A stretch of 64,000 bases of DNA from Octopus sinensis. Its lineage: Eukaryota. Positions 55,854 through 64,000 of this stretch are shown piece by piece. The stretch is from assembly GCF_006345805.1 (NCBI RefSeq), contig NC_043000.1:162564001-162628000 (forward strand). Reading direction: 5' to 3'. The notes under the pieces are model-generated. The model was not told the origin of the DNA, ran no database searches, and saw nothing but the letters and a program-made list of their open reading frames with translations. The translations under genes and the position numbers were made by a program. Each line of letters opens with the position of its first letter. The first letter of the stretch is position 1.

Positions 55854-55929
55854 TAAAAATATTTATCTCCACCAGATGGAGTACTTTTATATTGAATTAT
55901 CTATCAAGGTTCAGTACAAATATATATAT

Positions 55930-56125
55930 TCTTTTATTTGTTTCACCCATTTGACTGCGGCCATGCTGGAGCACCGCCTATAGTCGAACAAATCAGCACC
56001 AGGACTTATTTTTAGTAAGCCTAGTACTTATTCTATCGGTGTCTTTTGCCTAACCGCTAAGTTATGGAGACGTAAATACACCAATCTCGGTTGTCAAGCG
56101 ATGGTGAGGGGACGAACACAGACAC

Positions 56126-56130
<5 letters not shown>
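55930..56130 (-). mobile_element. OR-like SINE 3' half
   Basis: Reverse complement of the SINE tail (GCGGCCATGCTGGAGCACCGCC..GTTGTCAAGCGATG). Confidence 0.85.
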
Positions 56131-56202
<72 letters not shown>

Positions 56203-56219
56203 TAATATATATATATATA

Positions 56220-56398
56220 TTCCTTCAAGAATACCAGATAAGCCACCCATAATTGGATACAACTCACCCAACAAGAACTCACTACTTGAACAAAACTTGA
56301 CTTAAACAGGATTCGAATAATCCTATCAGGTGGTGCTATTAAGTTAGACATGGCCTGGACCAATCTTTGGTTGAAACATATCTAAGTTTATCTAAGTT
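56220..56398 (+). mobile_element. 5'-truncated CR1-like LINE end (family B)
   Basis: Translates SRIPDKPPIIGYNSPNKNSLLE (CR1-type ORF2 end), then the family-B tail, hairpin, GAAAC and (TAAGTTTATC)n. Confidence 0.65.
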
Positions 56399-56604
56399 TA
56401 TATATATATATAAATATATTACTACACACTATAGGGACTGGTAACCACTATAACTTGTAGTGGGGAACAGTCAACATGTTGTACTGAGGCTGACCAAAAA
56501 ATTTTATTTTTAGATATATCTGGGGTACTTAAATGTGCTTATGATTTTTGCTTTGGCTTTTTCCATGGGCGCATGTAAGTATCTTGTTTATATCCTTTCG
56601 TAAG

Positions 56605-56664
56605 TTCTACTGAAGAGGAATAAGTCTTTTATGAGATTAATTCCGAAATTGATTCAATATAGAA
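56605..56664 (+). ncRNA. Complete type I hammerhead ribozyme motif
   Basis: UUCUA-CUGAAGA-GGAAU..AUUCC-GAAA-UUG-AUU-CAAU-A-UAGAA: stem I 5 bp, stem II 5 bp plus extension, stem III AUUG/CAAU, canonical core, AUA triplet. Confidence 0.9.
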
Positions 56665-56846
56665 ATAACGAACTTTTTTAAAATTCTATCGGCCGGCTTG
56701 CCCGATTTCAGTTCTTCGGTTTTTTCTGTAGCGAGTAAATTATATGTGGAAATCGACGATTTAATAGTCTGTTATCAGCATATTGGCATTGAAATAATTT
56801 TCTTTAGCCCTTACTTATAAGTTATATATATATATATATGTATATA

Positions 56847-56959
<113 letters not shown>

Positions 56960-57707
56960 GTAGATATATAACATAACATACATGCATACATACATACATA
57001 CATACATACATACATACATACATACATACATACATTACGAATCTTAGTTGCCGATTTTTCCAAAACCGAAACATGTAAAAGGAAAATTAAAATGTTCCCA
57101 CTTTTAAGAAAGTAGCATTTTCGTTCTTGTTTTTCACACACACACACACACATGTATATATATATATATATATATATATAATAGTATTGATAAAATAGGA
57201 GATGGAATGTGTAAAAGACATTATTGGGTACAACACTTTATTTATCATCTACTTATATATTTTGTAGAATTTCTCCATTATATATATATGTATGCATGTA
57301 TATATATATATATATGTATATATGTACGTATATATATATATGTGTGTGTGTATGCAAGTATATCTATATATATGTATATATATATTGTGTATATATATGC
57401 ATATATATATATGTATAAATATATATATATATATATACATACATATATATATATGTATGAATTATGTATGCATTTACGTATATATGTTTGTGAGCGCATG
57501 TTCATCTACTGTTATAAATAATAACATAACAAGCACATATGCGTATGGAAACATCGAAATGCTCTTGTGTATATTGACATAATATATATACTATATGCGT
57601 GTGTATGTGTGTGTGTATATGTACATACATATACATACATATATAAATGTACATACATATATACATATATCTATCATCGCAGTAGTAGTAGTAGTAGTAG
57701 TAGTAGT

Positions 57708-57741
<34 letters not shown>

Positions 57742-58591
57742 TGCTTTTTGCTCTTAAATCATAAATACCAGCATAAGCTTGTTTGCATTTATAAATCTAT
57801 GTACAAAAGCAGTCACGACAACAATAATAATGATAATGTATGTGCGTGAATATGTATGACTGGTGTACATGCTCGTTAGTGTGAACGTGCATCCTGATTC
57901 GTTACTTTCTGAGCAAAGCCTGTGAGACATCTACATATTAGCGAACGTTCCGTATCATGTATATCCTCCGCTCTTCGACTCTGCATAAAACAATTACGAT
58001 CGCAACAAACAGGAGCAATTTCTTCTAGGCAACATTCTTTAAGTATGTTCTAACTCGTATTTTCTCTTCTTTTGTTTGCCTTATTGTAAATAGAATCGTT
58101 CATTTCCTCTCTCCTCTTTCGAAGATGGGTAATACGTAAAAAAAATGAGCAGAGATATTAACAATAAGATGGTAAATAAAACAATAGAACAAAAAATAAA
58201 AATAAAATTAATGCATAGTGAAATACGCATGGCAAGTAGAAAACATGCATTATATCAGATATTCCTGGCCTAGAAATGTTCAGATCAAGATAGGCATGCT
58301 GAATATATAACAGTAAAACATCGCTTTAAATTATATATATATATATATATGCAGAATAATGGATACTAAATTAGCGGGGACAAGCGTAGATGAAAATTCT
58401 GAATATCAAATTAATATGTGAGCGAAGATACTGAAGCAGAATGAGGCTGGGAGGGAGCAGGCTAAATGAATATTCCTTGGTTTCCCGAAGATGTTAAAAG
58501 TTGATAAAAATGGTATGTATAGTGTCGTTTCACTAAACATTATATATATATATATATATCAAATGTGAGGATAAATTTCTTTTACCACATG

Positions 58592-58649
58592 TATCACTGA
58601 CGAAGAAAGGGCTTTTAGTAGCTAACTCTGAAATCGGTCCGATATGGTA
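58592..58649 (+). ncRNA. Type I hammerhead motif, tandem copy 1
   Basis: UAUCA-CUGACGA-AGAA..CUCU-GAAA-UCG-GUC-CGAU-A-UGGUA; one A.C mismatch in stem II. Confidence 0.8.
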
Positions 58650-59093
58650 ATAATGGAATTTTTTAGAAATTTCTGTCGACCTTTATTCGAGTAGCGTGCG
58701 TATTGTGAAAAAATTATATGGTTAATGGACAATATGTCCAATTTTTCGGCATATTTGGCATTAGAAATATTTTTCCCTTGCTCTCATTTATGAATTATAT
58801 AAATTTAACCGTTAAAGGTATTTTTTAATATGCCGGCAATTGATAAAATTGTTTTCGAGAAAATATTTTTTTTCCAAAAGAATTTTATCCTCACATTTGA
58901 TATAAATTTAAGCGTTCACTTCCGGACTAACTAACTCACTCTGTGAGAGCCTCAGTTCAAATCGCACGTGCCTCGGATGGGCTGGAGTATTTGTATTTTG
59001 GATGTATTTGGGGTACTTAGTTGTGCCCATGACTTAGTGTTTGCTTCTTTCATGGGTATGAGTAAGTATCTCATTTATTTCTTTTACCACATG

Positions 59094-59151
59094 TTTCACT
59101 GACGAAGAGAGGGCTCTTAGTAGCTAACTCTGAAATCGGTCCGATATGGTA
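59094..59151 (+). ncRNA. Type I hammerhead motif, tandem copy 2
   Basis: UUUCA-CUGACGA-AGAG..CUCU-GAAA-UCG-GUC-CGAU-A-UGGUA; perfect 4-bp stem II, one U.U mismatch in stem I. Confidence 0.8.
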
Positions 59152-59261
59152 ATAATGGAATTTTTTAGAAATTTCTGTCGACCTTTATTCGAGTAGCGTG
59201 CGTATTGTGAAAAAATTATATGGTTAATGGACAATATGTCCAATTTTCGGCATATTTGGCA

Positions 59262-59299
<38 letters not shown>

Positions 59300-59730
59300 C
59301 AACAGCAAAATTAAGGAACGGCCATAATAGGCCATTCAACCCACTAGAAATAACAGCCAAGGCTTCAACCGCAAAACAATATTAATTCCGTAAACCAGGA
59401 GAAAATTTTAAAAACATTTACCCTGTAATACTTTATACGATGCATCGTTTCGTCTATTCTTTAATGGTAAATCAACCTGATTAAATTAAATCAAGCTAAT
59501 CCTCCATAGGCCAGTAGATTCATCAGTAAAGTCAGCCAGATCGGGGCAGATATTTTCACGAGGCAGTTCCACTAATGTCTCGGCAATATCTGACCTAAAA
59601 TTTTCAAATCATCGCACTCGCGCCAAATTTATCGGCAGCAAATATAATCTGCCGATTCCATTACGGAATTAAACAGAAAATTCATAATTAATCAATATAG
59701 GGTGGCAAAATATTTCGCAGAATATATTGA

Positions 59731-59761
<31 letters not shown>

Positions 59762-59851
59762 GTTACTCCAAACAAGAAAACACAAAAAAACGCAACAACG
59801 CTAGGACGTGGAACATATATAGTATTATTGGACGCTCAGGAAAGAAGGAGG

Positions 59852-59886
59852 GTTTAACGTTTCGAGCAGAGCTCTTCGTCGGAAAC
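59852..59886 (-). ncRNA. Minimal type I hammerhead motif, CCGACGA core
   Basis: GUUU-CCGACGA-A-GAGC-UCU-GCUC-GAAA-CGUU-AAAC; palindromic AACGUU. Confidence 0.7.
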
Positions 59887-59974
59887 ATAGGAGAAGGAAA
59901 GATCCAGAGAAGGGAAGACAGAGGAAAAAAAAATCGCCAACGGTACACACGAGGTCATGAAATATATTTATAAA

Positions 59975-60720
59975 TGGTGCATTCCAGAAGTTTTGAGACT
60001 TGTTCAGGAGACATTTATTAATTTGAAAGAAAAAATAACTCTAATTTCTTTCAGAGTAGCATACTTTGATTTCAATGCACTTGTAACGCTCTACTAATGG
60101 TGAAGGCACCATGGAATCCTCCAAAGTGAAGGTATCCTAAACCTTTTTCACACCTTCCTTCATCTTTAAAGCGACTCCTCCTGGGGTTCTCCCTCATTTG
60201 GGGTACAACGAAAGTCACATGGCCCAAAGCGTGAACTGTAGAGAGGGCGAGAGTCAGTTATGATACCCGTCTCTATCAGTTTTCAGGATTGAATTGTACA
60301 CTGATGCATTGTCCTGGTGCAAATTTCACCGACCCAAGTGGAAGTTCTTTGGACTTTTGCGAATAAATCACTTTCTGAACACCCTTAAAACATCCCCAAG
60401 TACTCTTTGTTGACCGTCCGGTCAGAGAGAACCCTGTAGATGTAGATGATGCTCTTGCTGCCGAAATAAATCATGAACTATTTGGTGACTCCTTTGCCTG
60501 GTCTTCTTGAGTGTGGGGAGCCAGGATACTTACATTGGGCGCTCTGTCTTTCGTCACAGTATACCAGAAGTATACAAGCTTTCGTCACAGTGTACCAGAA
60601 ACTAGGTAATGAGCTTAACCATCTCCCCGCCATCGCCAACGCGTCTTTTCTTCTGTTCGTCAATGTGTACACTGGAAACAAATTTTCACAAATTTTGCGC
60701 ACGTTCAGATCTCCATGAAT
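59975..60720 (-). mobile_element. Mariner (DD34D-like) transposase remnant
   Basis: IIHGDLNVRKIC, RQSAQCKYPGSP, HQDNAS, GFHGAFT in broken frames. Confidence 0.8.
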
Positions 60721-60835
60721 TATTTTGTGTACAATTGCGATATGTTCTACATCATATAGGAATACCAAAATTAAATCCCAAGTAAAGAATACAGGAAACA
60801 GGCTGAATATACGAGATATATCTCTTGATCATTAA

Positions 60836-63100
60836 CCCTTGGTCTACCAGAGAAAATGTATGTCACTAATTACCAACTGGGTCCAATGGCTCAATATTTT
60901 TTTATCAAATTTCATTCAAACTACCGCTATTTCCTAGCTACATCATATATGCTATCAGGTGAATGAAGAATTACTGTTTCTCACAAATTTTGATTTTAAA
61001 AATGCAGCTTACAGAATATATTATAAATTGAAACAATTACACAAATACAGAATTACAAATCTTCATGGCAGTGAATGCAGATAACATTGGAATGTTCTTG
61101 GCAAACATAGATATTACAATTCCTACATGTAGTACGAATTTTCCTGTCTTCTTTGGGTCACACAAAGAACATCTTCCTTTTTTCTTTGGCTGAGGAATCT
61201 CAAATGAGGTCCAAGATCGTCTTCTTTTCTTGTTTGGTTGAGAAATGTTAGCGGAACTAGAAGACTGTTTGTCATGTTCTTGTTTAGCATTAACTCCAGC
61301 AAATTCCTTTCCTAACTGAATTAGGTACTGTCTTCTTTTATCCTTGAAAATTTGCAAGTGAAGCTCTTTATCAAAATGAAAGCATTCACTGCACTTATAT
61401 CAATCATGTTGTAGAATATAACTATAGGCCATCTTCGAGCCATTCTTTTGCAAGTGTATGTCCTTACCATCTTATCTAGGGTATTTGGTCCTCCTTTTGT
61501 TTTGTAACATGTTTCTTTTCAGCACATTTTTAAACAATTGAAGGCTGAGAGTGCATTGTAATCATTGTACTGAGAGTGCATTATGTATGACAATATAATT
61601 TTTCTTAGGTCAATAAGACAGAATCATAGAATCCTTTTGAAAACCAAATATTGTGCTGTTGATTTCCCTTTGTTTTCCATTTGGGAAAGCACTTGGAATT
61701 TCAACTTTGTACTTTCTAATTGTTCCAACTAAAGTAGTTTTCTTGCTAAAAAGCTTTCGAGCCAATCCTAGACTTGTAAAAAATTATCACAAATTATATT
61801 GCGACCAATATTTTCATGTTTCTTTGCTACGTCTTCAACAAATCTTGAATTTTGATTTGTCTCTCTCTCTCTTTCACAGGGTCTCTTCCAGTGTAAATTT
61901 GCATTTTCTAGGCATAGGATGTATATCACCCAAATTTTAATTCCATATTTCCCTGGTTTTGAAGGAATATATACTCGGAATGGGCACGCATGAACTTGGA
62001 ACATATCCATCTTGCAAATTCTGATTCCAAATTTTAAATACTTCCCTTATGGATTCCAATTTATCATCACTTCTCTTTTTTTTTCTTCTTGAACTAACAT
62101 CATCAAAACGCAATATTTGTAACATCTGTTGAAATCTTCCCTGGCTCATAATTTTGTTAAATATTGGGCGGCCATCTTCTTGACTCCATAATAATGTGAC
62201 ATTTTCATGTTTAGATTTATAAGCACCTATAAGAATAATGAGTCCAATAAATCTCTTTAGTTCAGAGTGATCAATTTCCTTCCATTTGTCTTTGTAAACA
62301 ACCTGACATTCAACATTTGTCCATTTACGAATTACTTCAAAAAGATTCTGGTGCATAAAGATAGTAAAACCTGTTTCAATGCTATCACAAGACCTTTTAG
62401 CAAAACCGGATGGTCCACATTCTGGGTGCACAATATTGCAAGATGAAGTTCTTACTGCTGCTTGGGTAAAAGGATTAGAATGCCAAACTTCTTGTCTGTC
62501 TCTAGAAACATATTGCTCATTCATAATTGGGTGGCTTGCAGATAATTGTTTTTGAGTATCTTCATCATCTGATGACAAAGAACCTAAACTGCCTAGCACA
62601 CAATCACTTTCACCATCATCTTCAGAGCAATAGAAGAAATCACTACTATCTTCTTCCCATTCTTCATCTAATTCCAATAACCTTTTCGATATTTAGCCTT
62701 CATTCAAGTTTTCACTTCTACGCATATTGGAAAGCACAACTGAACAATATGATACTTGATAACAGACTAAAGGCAGATATTGTTCTCTCACATATTTATA
62801 CTCTACTGAAAGATGATGCAATATATTGTAAGGATTGCGTCATCGCATAGAAATATTGCATCACCCTATAACCTAGCAGATTGAAGGTGTTGCAATACCA
62901 CACAAATTTACAGGAACATTTTCTTAAATTTTCCTATTTTATTTAAAATTCAGCAAATATATAGAAAACAATTTTATCTATTTTATATCTGATAAATATC
63001 TAGGAAAATAATATTTGATAGTGTTTTCGTGCTGTTTAGAATGACAAGAGTATTGTCTGACTTTAATTCAAGGGTCCAATGGATTAATGAATAAAGGTAA
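60836..63100 (-). mobile_element. piggyBac DNA transposon, decayed
   Basis: TTAA-CCCTT at 60832-60840; subterminal GGGTCCAATGG near both ends; degenerate right end AAAAGGTAATTAA (right boundary approximate). Confidence 0.8.
61040..62677 (-). pseudogene. piggyBac transposase (PGBD4-like), frameshifted
   Basis: Acidic N-terminus, FIGLIILIG, RFQQMLQILRFDD, YIPSKPGKYGIKIW, RNIICDNF, LVGTIRK, RRWP, C-terminal RCSLC. Confidence 0.9.
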
Positions 63101-63844
63101 TTAATGTATAAAGGGAAATTTTCTAGCTTTTATAAACACACGGAAAATTTCCCATTTGACAAATAAAAGAGATCCAAGAAAAAATAAGACACGGGAGAGA
63201 TCAGCAGAATCAAATAAACAGTAGGAAAAACCAACTGAAAAAAGTGAAATTGGTAGACATGAAGGTTAATGAAGTAACTAATTAATACTAAGTAGAGTTT
63301 GTTATGTTTGCGTTTCTAAAATTGGATACACGAATATAACAAAATGTATCCAAAATCAAACACTTCTTCAACAACGATTCTCGAGGAATAGTCAAGATAT
63401 TGATAGTAAGTGAGAGAATACTTGAGAGAAGTATGGATAGAGACGGAATCACTACGCCAACAAAACAGCCAAGAAGCCCCCGCAATCATTCAACAGAAAA
63501 TAATTATACAAGCAGATCAGATGAAAGAACCAGACAGGATAAACTTCCAAACATTCGATAAAATATTTAACGAAGACATATAACGGAGCTTACAGAGATG
63601 TTCTATGAGATTAAACACTAATCTATACATTAATAATATTTAACAAGACTTGGCACAAATCATGATAAAAAAAAGCAGAAAATGTTTTGTAGAAATTTTG
63701 TGCATTTAGTTTAGATCTTCATCAATAATTTTGTATGCAATTACCACATGTTCTACATCATGTAGGAATATCAAATGAAATTCCAAGTCAAGAGTACAGG
63801 AAACAGACTAAATATACGAAAAATATCTCTCGATCATTAATATT

Positions 63845-64000
63845 TTTAACCTAGGCACAAAGCCCGAAATGTTTGGGAAGGGGACCAGTCAATTACATCG
63901 AATATATACGCAACTGGTACTTAATTTATCGACCCGTAAGGATGAAATGCAAAGTCGACCTCGGCGGAATTTGAACTAAGAACGTAAAGGCAGACGAAAT
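63845..64000 (-). mobile_element. OK-like SINE, runs off the window end
   Basis: AACTGGTACTTAATTTATCGACCC..AAAGTCGACCTCGGCGGAATTTGAACT as in 29651-30066. Confidence 0.9.

Larger units (their letters stand above)
58575..59261 (+). repeat. Direct repeat pair (58575-58760 and 59077-59261), each carrying an HHR
   Basis: ~186-bp near-identical copies offset by 501-502 bp. Confidence 0.95.

Overview
AT-rich, microsatellite-saturated eukaryotic DNA. It is most likely octopus (cephalopod) intergenic or intronic sequence, inferred from SINE families I recall as octopus OK/OR types; this was not database-checked. I recognise no intact host gene, and almost all listed ORFs are translations of (TA)n/(TG)n/(TATG)n repeats. 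The window is a transposon graveyard: several Tc1/mariner derivatives, a decayed piggyBac, three CR1-group LINE copies, an R4/Dong-like RLE LINE end, a Ty3/Gypsy remnant split by an ORF1-only element, many SINEs and several foldback elements. The ORF track misses the main signal, a dense set of type I hammerhead ribozyme (HHR) motifs: about ten in 64 kb, from several unrelated repeat families. These include a fully paired HHR at 56605, a homologous tandem pair 502 nt apart (retrozyme/pseudo-LTR-like, with compensatory base changes), an HHR with a ~100-nt stem II, and a recurrent CCGANGA core variant. All folds were done by eye, and ribozyme activity is inferred, not shown.
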